DNA of 24,491 nucleotides from a virus (Duplodnaviria; Caudoviricetes): positions 1 through 24,491 of the IMG/VR virus record IMGVR_UViG_3300021966_000016; one strand, written 5' to 3'. The notes below the pieces were generated by a model. It did not search any database, was not told where the DNA came from, and saw only the letters and a list, made by a program, of their open reading frames with translations. The position numbers and the translations under genes were made by a program. Below, one piece after another: positions 17,490 through 24,491 of the stretch. Within the stretch, counting starts at the first letter, position 1; each line of letters begins with the position of its first letter.

Positions 17490-17816
17490 TTGGATAGCGC
17501 ATTTGATATATATAAAGGCGACGACATCTTTAACAAAAGCGTTGTTGGTGCAACCAGTAACGGCAAAACCGTTGTAAAGATAACGGGACTAGAACCGTCA
17601 ACGACATATGATAACCTATCTATAGCCTACGCTGGTTCATCAAGTCGTTCATCTTTGCCTTCGTTTACTACAGAAGCTGTTACAGCAACGACTACTGAGA
17701 CACAAACTCAGACTCAGAACCCTGTTACAGCAACGACTACTGAGACACAAACTCAGACTCAAAATCCTGTTACAGAAACGACTACCGAGACTCAGACTCA
17801 AACGCAAGCTAATTAA
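17490..17816 (+). CDS. FN3/Ig-like domain protein with three Thr-rich repeats (putative virion decoration protein)
   Basis: TTG start, RBS AAGGAGG. VKITGLEPSTTY is an FN3-type signature, followed by three copies of VT(A/E)TTTETQTQTQ. Confidence 0.75.
   Translation: MDSAFDIYKGDDIFNKSVVGATSNGKTVVKITGLEPSTTYDNLSIAYAGSSSRSSLPSFTTEAVTATTTETQTQTQNPVTATTTETQTQTQNPVTETTTETQTQTQAN
17677..17811 (+). repeat. Coding tandem repeat, 45 bp x 3
   Basis: Units start at 17677, 17722 and 17767 (CTGTTACAG[C/A]AACGACTAC[T/C]GAGAC...); 15-aa period VTATTTETQTQTQNP. Confidence 0.95.
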
Positions 17817-17823
17817 TTTATTT

Positions 17824-17849
17824 AAGGCTGCCTTAGTGGTGGCCTTTTT
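17824..17849 (+). terminator. Rho-independent terminator
   Basis: AAGGCTGCC-TTAGT-GGTGGCCTT stem with two G-U pairs, followed by TTT. Confidence 0.75.
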
Positions 17850-17858
17850 ACATATTAA

Positions 17859-18977
17859 ATGAGAGAGGGTAATGTTATCAAATACGTAACTAGTACTCCA
17901 GCAAAGACTAGGTTTTTATGGGAAAGCAAGATTTTAGATAGTAGCTTATTGCTAGCCGGGGTTAAAGCTAGTGACATATACAACGTGTTTGTGTATGATA
18001 ATCCCAAGGATGCAATAATTGCTAAAGAATATTTAAAAGATCTGTCTAAAGCTGGAATAAATATAATTACATTTCATTCAGAACTGCTAGCATTAACAAG
18101 GGAGTACGGAATATATCCGGCTACTGTAAAGCCTTTTGGATTTATGAAACTGTTATCTAGTAATTCTAGTTTAGAGAAAAGCACAATCATGCAATTAGAT
18201 ACCGACGTAGTTTTTCTTGATAGCATATCTGGTTTTAATAATCTTGAACATCAAGTAGTTGGATCTAAGACAAACTTTTATCAAAGTCTAGGATTGATAA
18301 AAATTCAAGACGAGGACGGATACGAAAAATTCGTTAAAGATCTATCACGAATAACTGGGGTACCTAGTGACGAGCTTGAAAGGCTTGACGAAAGCGCGTG
18401 TGGTGCACAGGTTATCATAGGAAACCCTTATGCTGATTTATATAAAGAAATAACTGAAAACTGTTATAAGATTAAAAAGGCGATGGAAGACGACGTACCT
18501 AAAGCTCAGAGCTGGTTAGCCGAGATGTTTGCTAGTTACTATGCTTATTATAAACACGGTTATAATCCTAAGTACGTTAACGGGTTAGGATTCTCTTGGT
18601 CAAGTGACCCCTTAACTGAGCTTAATAAATGGGATATTCTCCATGATAGCGGAGTATCAAAGGAGAGCGCTGCTGAGAACAGCCTGTTTTATAAAAACAA
18701 TTACATTAAAGGGAACTATCCAAATAATAGTAATCTAGATATTGGTTCATTTAAAATAAATAGCTTAGGAACAGCGTACGCAGTTTTAGTTGATAACATG
18801 GACGATTATACCAATATGGCTATAAAAGCGCGAGAATCAACTGATATTAGCACTAGAGAGTATATAATAGAACGTTTATCTAAAAGTAAGACTAGTAAAA
18901 GCCCTGAAAAATTTAATAATTATATTGAGTTAGCTTTTAAAGAGTTCCCGACTAGTCTATCTATACTTAAAGTATAG
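17859..18977 (+). CDS. Putative GT-A fold glycosyltransferase
   Basis: DXD motif in MQLDTDVVFLD, upstream YPATVKPF, GAQVII, WLAEMFA and late ILHDSG. Start uncertain (ATG 17859 without RBS, or ATC 17877 with RBS). Confidence 0.72.
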   Translation: MREGNVIKYVTSTPAKTRFLWESKILDSSLLLAGVKASDIYNVFVYDNPKDAIIAKEYLKDLSKAGINIITFHSELLALTREYGIYPATVKPFGFMKLLSSNSSLEKSTIMQLDTDVVFLDSISGFNNLEHQVVGSKTNFYQSLGLIKIQDEDGYEKFVKDLSRITGVPSDELERLDESACGAQVIIGNPYADLYKEITENCYKIKKAMEDDVPKAQSWLAEMFASYYAYYKHGYNPKYVNGLGFSWSSDPLTELNKWDILHDSGVSKESAAENSLFYKNNYIKGNYPNNSNLDIGSFKINSLGTAYAVLVDNMDDYTNMAIKARESTDISTREYIIERLSKSKTSKSPEKFNNYIELAFKEFPTSLSILKV

Positions 18978-18984
18978 AGTTAAA

Positions 18985-19013
18985 TTGACAATTAGATTCT
19001 ATTATGCTAAGAT
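18985..19013 (+). promoter_or_regulatory. sigmaA-type promoter
   Basis: TTGACA(18985-18990), 17 bp, TAAGAT(19008-19013), TG at 19005-19006. Confidence 0.8.
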
Positions 19014-19043
19014 AGAATAAAGTTAAGAAAGAAGGAAAATACT

Positions 19044-19193
19044 ATGCAAGAAATTCTAGATGTAATTGTATTTATTGGGATCGGGTACTTTGCTTATTAT
19101 GCAGTTAAGAAAGGCGCCGAGTATGATGAGGAACAGGAAAAGAAAAATAAAGGTGAACATGACAATAGTTTCTTCTTTTTCTGGCGACTATAA
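19044..19193 (+). CDS. Small single-TM membrane protein, 49 aa (not in ORF track)
   Basis: RBS AAGGA, ATG 19044, MQEILDVIVFIGIGYFAYYAVKKGAEYDEEQEKKNKGEHDNSFFFFWRL*, fills the gap between the promoter and the next gene. Confidence 0.75.
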   Translation: MQEILDVIVFIGIGYFAYYAVKKGAEYDEEQEKKNKGEHDNSFFFFWRL

Positions 19194-19209
19194 AATAGGA
19201 GATGACTAA

Positions 19210-19632
19210 ATGCTAGTATATTTATCGGTAACAGCTGTGTACAGCTTGGAACTAATCTGTGGAGTTATATCAGATACTAACATGATTAACAAAGCAAATC
19301 GTCAAGAATCCGGCGTTGTAAGTCAAGAGAATTTTATTAGTATGCTAATTGAATACGTAGTTAGATGGTCTACATTCATGCTTACTGACACAGTAATCAT
19401 GCTAATATTTGGGTTGCTAACCAATATGCAGTTTTTGTATGTTATTCTATCAGGAGTCTTAGTGGTATTATCCTACAAACTTGGTGGGCTAGTAGCTCAA
19501 AAGTATTTAAAGAGCGCAGTAGAAGAACGCTATAAATCACAGTTAGCAGAGGCAAGTAAGGCCAAAGACGACTATGAAGCTGGAAAGATAAATGCTGCTC
19601 AATATGACCAGATAATTAAGAATATAAAGTAA
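19210..19632 (+). CDS. Membrane protein
   Basis: About three hydrophobic segments; RBS AGGAG. Confidence 0.75.
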   Translation: MLVYLSVTAVYSLELICGVISDTNMINKANRQESGVVSQENFISMLIEYVVRWSTFMLTDTVIMLIFGLLTNMQFLYVILSGVLVVLSYKLGGLVAQKYLKSAVEERYKSQLAEASKAKDDYEAGKINAAQYDQIIKNIK

Positions 19633-19646
19633 GGGTGTGAAACAAG

Positions 19647-20177
19647 TTGGCTGATATACCAAATACAGAGGTTAAACAGGGCGTTCTGTCGTTTGACGGA
19701 GAGCCGGTAAACATTATCAGAATGGCTACTTTATATGGCGAGCCTTGGGTATTCGTATACGATATAAGTAATAATAGTAGGAAAGCCTATAAAAAATCAA
19801 AAGAAGTATCTAAACTGTCAATAGATACTAAAAAGGTAAAGCACACTACTGAGCCCCTTAACCCACGCGTTGAAAGTAAGCTTATTAAATACGCTAAAGG
19901 AAATAACAAGCCAAAACGTAGCTCTTATTACCGCGTTGAAGAGGCCTTGCCAATATACTTTAATGTCATTACGGCGGGTACAGACACATTTGACGGAACC
20001 TTTGGCGATGGGTGGAATGAGCTTGCAGTATCTTACAGTAAAGGAACGCCACGATTAGAACAAACCGGGGTTTTCGTTGCGCTTAAACGAGTTGGGTGGA
20101 TCAAGTCATATATTCCACTTGACGGAACCATTGAGTCACTTGCCATGATTATATCAGAGGCAGGTGTATCTATGTGA
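19647..20177 (+). CDS. Hypothetical protein
   Basis: 176 aa, TTG start, RBS AAGGGTG, GTGA overlap with next gene. Confidence 0.75.
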   Translation: MADIPNTEVKQGVLSFDGEPVNIIRMATLYGEPWVFVYDISNNSRKAYKKSKEVSKLSIDTKKVKHTTEPLNPRVESKLIKYAKGNNKPKRSSYYRVEEALPIYFNVITAGTDTFDGTFGDGWNELAVSYSKGTPRLEQTGVFVALKRVGWIKSYIPLDGTIESLAMIISEAGVSM

Positions 20178-20908
20178 CAGAATCATATGCAGGTCAGCTA
20201 AAAGGAAGACTATTAAAGGCTAAAACAATCATTAGCTATGACCTAGGAGAACTAGGTGATACTAAGGTACTCTTTGAGAAAAGCATTGGTCAGCATACAG
20301 TCGCAGATTGTTTATTGCTATCAAAAGTAGTTGGTGTCATCGGTATAGAGTTTAAGTCTGCTCATGATACTACAAGGAGACTAAAGAGACAGTTACTAGA
20401 TTATCTAAAAGTTTGCCAGCACGTATATGTTATGTGTGATAAGAGCATATTAAGTCATGTACTTAGTATAACTAACGATAAAATGTTTGAAAATGTTGGC
20501 GTGATCGTAACTCAGGACTATGAAGACGAAATAGTTCTAGGATCGCTAAAGAAAGCACAGGCGAACCCGGCATTTAGTTTATATACGTTAGCCGATTCTT
20601 TACTTTGGAAAGGTGAGTTATACACCTTATTAAAAACTATTGTAACAAGACCTGACCTAATTGATAAGAACAGAAAGCACATAAGCACTGGTAGAACCCG
20701 TGCACAGGGGGCAATTGCAAATAACGGTATGATTTCTAGTATTAGACAGGACTGGACTAAGAGGAAAATGTTAACAGTTTATAACAATCTAGTTTCTGAT
20801 AGCGTTGGTACAAGAGCGATAGTTGAAATGTACTTGCAGAACGCAATGAACCCAGATAAGTCAGTTACGATGTACAGACTAGGGCAGGATTATGAGTCAC
20901 TGAGGTAG
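20174..20908 (+). CDS. sce7726-like PD-(D/E)XK nuclease-fold protein
   Basis: FEK...ADC...GIEFKSAHDTTRRLKRQL..Y.KVC..VYV matches the E..AD..ExKS..D...RL..Q pattern. Confidence 0.75.
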   Translation: MTESYAGQLKGRLLKAKTIISYDLGELGDTKVLFEKSIGQHTVADCLLLSKVVGVIGIEFKSAHDTTRRLKRQLLDYLKVCQHVYVMCDKSILSHVLSITNDKMFENVGVIVTQDYEDEIVLGSLKKAQANPAFSLYTLADSLLWKGELYTLLKTIVTRPDLIDKNRKHISTGRTRAQGAIANNGMISSIRQDWTKRKMLTVYNNLVSDSVGTRAIVEMYLQNAMNPDKSVTMYRLGQDYESLR

Positions 20909-20914
20909 ATTATA

Positions 20915-21436
20915 ATGGATACTAATGAACTTATTGCTCAGGGTCTAAAAAGGTCGGTTACTTTAAATAAGGCTAGTACTTCTAGTAATAGTGAAAAGTG
21001 GCTCAGCAATAAGCGTAAGTTTAATCAGTATCTACTATTGGGGTTTACAACACATTTGAAGGACGCAACTAGGAAAGAGCTGATAGATTCAGCATATATT
21101 GCAAAGCAACTAGTTGCGTCCTATTTCAACAGTAAGCCTATGAGTGTGTTTGGCTATCGAGTAGGTGTTATTAATGATATTAGTGGAGCCTCAGTATACA
21201 TTACATTCACGAACCTAGGATTGCCTATCGGTCAGATGAAAATTGAGTACATCGACTTAGGAGACCGAGCCGACATTAATTTTATATTTATGAAAGTCGT
21301 TACCATGCAAGAGTATCGTGAACAGTATGGTAAAAAGGCTACAGTTAAGAAGAAAGATAACAAGCGACGCTGGGAATCCCAGACCAACAAGTTACGAAGT
21401 AATTATAAAAGTGATTTAACAAAGCCAGCATTTTAA
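20915..21436 (+). CDS. Hypothetical protein
   Basis: 173 aa, RBS GAGGT, basic C-terminus. Confidence 0.78.
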   Translation: MDTNELIAQGLKRSVTLNKASTSSNSEKWLSNKRKFNQYLLLGFTTHLKDATRKELIDSAYIAKQLVASYFNSKPMSVFGYRVGVINDISGASVYITFTNLGLPIGQMKIEYIDLGDRADINFIFMKVVTMQEYREQYGKKATVKKKDNKRRWESQTNKLRSNYKSDLTKPAF

Positions 21437-21449
21437 AGGAGAAACCAAT

Positions 21450-21836
21450 ATGCGAAGATTTAGTACAAAGAACTTGAAAGAGATTGCCTCACTATTTATT
21501 AACTCCGAAGACGGAGAAAACTATTTATATGCCGTTAAACAGGGTACACTTCCGAACGGCGCCAGAGCACACTATGTGACAAAATCGGTTGATGGTAAAC
21601 GAGCTAACGTTACTGTTTATGTTCAAGGAGACGAAATTATTGTAAATAGTTATGACGTCAATAGCAATGACGAAAGCTATTTAATGCAGTTTCCGGTAAA
21701 GGAATTGAAAGAATCCTTTCGTAAAGCGAACAATGACAAAGTTAAAAAAGCTACTAACAAAGAAACGGTAACTGAGACACAGACCGTTACTAAAAAAACA
21801 GTACGTAGACGTAGATCTACCAGTACTAAGAAATAA
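21450..21836 (+). CDS. Hypothetical protein with TETQT motif and basic tail
   Basis: 128 aa, RBS AAGGAG; ends KETVTETQTVTKKTVRRRRSTSTKK. Confidence 0.8.
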   Translation: MRRFSTKNLKEIASLFINSEDGENYLYAVKQGTLPNGARAHYVTKSVDGKRANVTVYVQGDEIIVNSYDVNSNDESYLMQFPVKELKESFRKANNDKVKKATNKETVTETQTVTKKTVRRRRSTSTKK

Positions 21837-21842
21837 TAATTT

Positions 21843-21865
21843 AGGTGGCTGATGCCATCTTTTTT
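21843..21865 (+). terminator. Rho-independent terminator
   Basis: AGGTGGC-TGAT-GCCATCT stem (one G-U pair) followed by TTTTT. Confidence 0.8.
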
Positions 21866-21867
21866 AA

Positions 21868-21896
21868 TTGACAAATTTAGTTCTATATGTTAGTAT
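21868..21896 (+). promoter_or_regulatory. sigmaA-type promoter
   Basis: TTGACA(21868-21873), 17 bp, TAGTAT(21891-21896), TG at 21888-21889. Confidence 0.85.
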
Positions 21897-21924
21897 AATA
21901 AGTGACAGTAAGGAGGTGATCAAC

Positions 21925-22938
21925 TTGAAACTATGGTATACCGAGCTTGATAGTGACTGTATAGCATATGACGCAAGCGTCAAGCCACGTAAGGATATTG
22001 AAGAGATAGTTGCTATTAATTTCCTAAGTTTTCCATTATCAATACCAAGTCTAAAATATGGTGATGATAGAAACTCTGACGAATACATGCTTAAAGTAGC
22101 TAGTAAGGTAAGTAAAGGCGACGTTGTTTTAATACAGACACCTGCGTATATATCAGACGAAATTGGGCTAGTTAATAAACTGCATGATAGGGGAGCTATT
22201 GTTGTTGGCTTAGTACATGACATTGAATACGCTCGTGGGTTTTCACCAGATTTTTCAGACCAGTATAAACTACTTAAATTGTATGACGGGCTGGTCGTAA
22301 CAGGTCATAGAATCAAGGCTATCATTAGGGAATCAGGGATTAGCAGTATCCCAATCACTTGTATGGAGCTGTGGCCGTACCTAACAGACTATGTAGTTAA
22401 CCATAGGATTGAGCCTAGCAACAATAGAATTGAATATGCGGGCAACTTAAGCCGATCTAATGGGTTATTTAGTAAAAGCCTAGAAGGTATAGAGCATATT
22501 GACGTTTGGGGGAAACAAGTAGACAAGTCTAATTCAGAAAAAACTGATTTAGTCGTGCAACATGGTGCAGTTCATCCAGACGACTTACCTGCTAGACTAT
22601 ATAGTGGGTACGGGCTTGTATGGTATGCAGATAGTAAATTTCAAGACTATGCCAAAATCAACGTTTCACATAAGGCAAGCTTGTATCTATCAGCAAAGCT
22701 ACCTTTAATTGTTAGCTCTAGTTCTTATCTTTCAGAATTAGTTGATAAGTACAAGATAGGAATATGCGTTGACCGGCTAGACGAAATACCAGAAAAGCTA
22801 TTATCACGAAATGACTACTGTAAATATGTCAATAATATAGAAGAACATATTTATGATTCTATATCTAGTGGATCGTGTTTTACTGAACCATTTGTTGATT
22901 TAATGAGTAAACTGGGGGTATTAGAATCGTCATTATAG
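21925..22938 (+). CDS. GT-B glycosyltransferase, Gtf3/Nss-like (galactofuranosyltransferase-like family)
   Basis: GDVVLIQTP...LVHDIE, YAGNL, WG, PDDLP..L..GYGLVW, Y.KINVSHKASLYLSAKLPLIV, V.KYKIG. True start TTG 21925 after AAGGAGGTG; the ORF-track start is the -35 box. Confidence 0.88.
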   Translation: MKLWYTELDSDCIAYDASVKPRKDIEEIVAINFLSFPLSIPSLKYGDDRNSDEYMLKVASKVSKGDVVLIQTPAYISDEIGLVNKLHDRGAIVVGLVHDIEYARGFSPDFSDQYKLLKLYDGLVVTGHRIKAIIRESGISSIPITCMELWPYLTDYVVNHRIEPSNNRIEYAGNLSRSNGLFSKSLEGIEHIDVWGKQVDKSNSEKTDLVVQHGAVHPDDLPARLYSGYGLVWYADSKFQDYAKINVSHKASLYLSAKLPLIVSSSSYLSELVDKYKIGICVDRLDEIPEKLLSRNDYCKYVNNIEEHIYDSISSGSCFTEPFVDLMSKLGVLESSL

Positions 22939-23177
22939 CTAGTATATAGTACAATTTTTAATCCATTTAGCAGTCAGCTTTTTATTAAAGTAGACGAAAA
23001 GTTGAAAAAGTTAAAGATTGTATAATTTGATTATGAGGCTTAAACGCTTGCAATCACTGGTTTTGTTGGAATATTTGTAGTAGACTAAAAAGTTTAAAAT
23101 ATTTTAGTTTTTCTATTGAATAATATAATACATTACTAGTTATCATACAATTGTCTTATTGATAGGAGAGATGATTT

Positions 23178-23942
23178 ATGAAAAGTAAAGCTAGTAATGG
23201 CAACGGAAAACAGCTTAGATTAAAGGATTTAGCTGAGCACCCTGCTGAACTATCAATGGCAGTCGGGATGGTTCATGAGAGCAAATCACTTACGCAAATT
23301 AGAGATTTTTTAGATAAAAATGGGTTTACATTCTCAATAGCAACAATTTCAAGTTTTAAGAAGAAGGTATTAACGGCTGACGCAACTGGTCAGAACGTTG
23401 ATGACTTAATAAAGGGAAAGAAGCAGCTTAAGGACGTTAAAGGAAAAATGTCTGGATTTACTGGTAATCAACCGTCTGTAGAAGGATTCCCAGAAGATAA
23501 CCTAAAGAACCAGCAATTAAGGTATAAAGAGCTTAATAAAGAAAATATTGATGTGGTTCCTATAGAAGACAATAGCAACACAGAGTTTGTCAGTGTACGA
23601 GCAACAATGGAAGACATGATAAACGTTGGTATAAATACGTTTAAGCAGTTAAACACCTTAGATCAACAGTCGTTATTAAAGTTACTAGTTGAGTACAACA
23701 AGGCTTTCGGCGCTAAGGACAACGGACTAACATTAAGTAGTCTAAAGCAGTATCAACTTATCGTTATGAGCCAGCAAAGGGCGATGGCTAAGATACTTTT
23801 GAAGTATGTACCAGAAGATAAGCGCGGTGACGCAAGTGCTGAGATGGAAAAACAAACTAGCGAAATCATAGAAACAGTAGCACAGACTAAAGATGGAAAG
23901 ACACTAATATCAGAATTAAAGAAAGCGGGATTAGAAATATGA
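23178..23942 (+). CDS. Hypothetical protein with N-terminal HTH-like segment
   Basis: 254 aa, RBS AGGAG; KSLTQIRDFLDKNGFTFSIATISSFKKK resembles a helix-turn-helix. Confidence 0.7.
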   Translation: MKSKASNGNGKQLRLKDLAEHPAELSMAVGMVHESKSLTQIRDFLDKNGFTFSIATISSFKKKVLTADATGQNVDDLIKGKKQLKDVKGKMSGFTGNQPSVEGFPEDNLKNQQLRYKELNKENIDVVPIEDNSNTEFVSVRATMEDMINVGINTFKQLNTLDQQSLLKLLVEYNKAFGAKDNGLTLSSLKQYQLIVMSQQRAMAKILLKYVPEDKRGDASAEMEKQTSEIIETVAQTKDGKTLISELKKAGLEI

Positions 23943-24491
23943 CAAGTAAAAGTAGAACAGACGCACCCACAGAAGCAACAGTTTTTGATTTTAAGAAAGC
24001 AACTCTCGACAAGGGATTTGAACTAACACTAAATGTTAGTAACGGTGACAATCATGCTCATGCACGCTTAAGTAGCCTGTTTGTAGACTTAAAGATCAAT
24101 GATAATTACTTTATGTTTACACAAGGCATTACATTCTTAAAGACTGCTCAAAGTAAAGAATTAACTGATGACTATTTGTTTGGTAATCTTTTAGGAAAAG
24201 GATTAGTTAGTCATGACGCACATGTTGCAGCAAGTAAAGTTAGCGACACACTAAAATTGTACCCCGGAATTGATATTACTGGTATGTCGAACGGGCTAAT
24301 TAATTTTCTCGAAGCGGGGGACACTGAACTAAGTGTCGAAGACTATCGTGCTATTGTAGACACAGCCTTTGACACGTATGCAAACAAGGGAGACAGTGAC
24401 TACGACAATGCTAAACGTGCCTTATATCGTTTAGGCCGCAAGCGTTCAAGTATTGCTTATGAAGCTATTTTAGCTATTAAATCTCTAAAAG
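23939..24491 (+). CDS. Hypothetical protein, 3' truncated by the window (not in ORF track)
   Basis: ATGA overlap at 23939-23942; MTSKSRTDAPTEATVFDFKKATLDKGFEL... stays open to the window end. Confidence 0.8.
   Translation, partial: MTSKSRTDAPTEATVFDFKKATLDKGFELTLNVSNGDNHAHARLSSLFVDLKINDNYFMFTQGITFLKTAQSKELTDDYLFGNLLGKGLVSHDAHVAASKVSDTLKLYPGIDITGMSNGLINFLEAGDTELSVEDYRAIVDTAFDTYANKGDSDYDNAKRALYRLGRKRSSIAYEAILAIKSLK

Noticed and set aside
17455-17492. Programmed frameshift or readthrough fusing ORF 16934 to the FN3 ORF, as in some tail proteins
   Set aside because: The FN3 frame has a TAA at 17472-17474 just upstream, and the gene has its own strong RBS.
17677-17811. 45-bp repeats as a mini CRISPR array
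   Set aside because: Contiguous tandem units with no unique spacers, period divisible by 3, inside a coding frame, no cas genes.
929-23656. Short minus-strand ORFs and the nested plus-strand ORFs 12902..13090 and 19870..20058
   Set aside because: All overlap well-supported genes and show no recognisable motifs; consistent with shadow ORFs.
1-24491. tRNA genes, group I introns, inteins, integrase or transposase; apparent abundance of CTAG
   Set aside because: None recognisable, pol and recA are uninterrupted and intergenic gaps are short. The CTAG impression could not be quantified and may reflect CTA codon usage.

Overview
Co-directional (+ strand), densely coding, low-GC segment of a large lytic dsDNA phage. 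Gene content and order (SbcC-like ATPase, primase, Holliday junction resolvase, HU/IHF-like protein, family A polymerase with N-terminal UDG-like region, UvsY-like, SSB, RecA, metallophosphoesterase, sce7726-like nuclease) fit the replication/recombination region of a SPO1/Twort-like myovirus (Herelleviridae). The host is probably a lactic acid bacterium, inferred from the deoxynucleoside kinase and the Gtf3-like glycosyltransferase. The most striking element is a candidate phage protein O-glycosylation system: three small proteins carry a shared Thr-rich TETQT motif, and each of two unrelated glycosyltransferase genes (one GT-A, one Gtf3-like GT-B) directly follows a TETQT gene. Other points: the resolvase has no canonical start codon (probable ATT start), nine sigmaA-type promoters with extended -10, a 36-bp near-identical promoter duplication flanking a 3.4-kb block, and no nrd genes, sigma factor or introns at their usual positions. 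All calls come from reading motifs by eye; no database searches were run.
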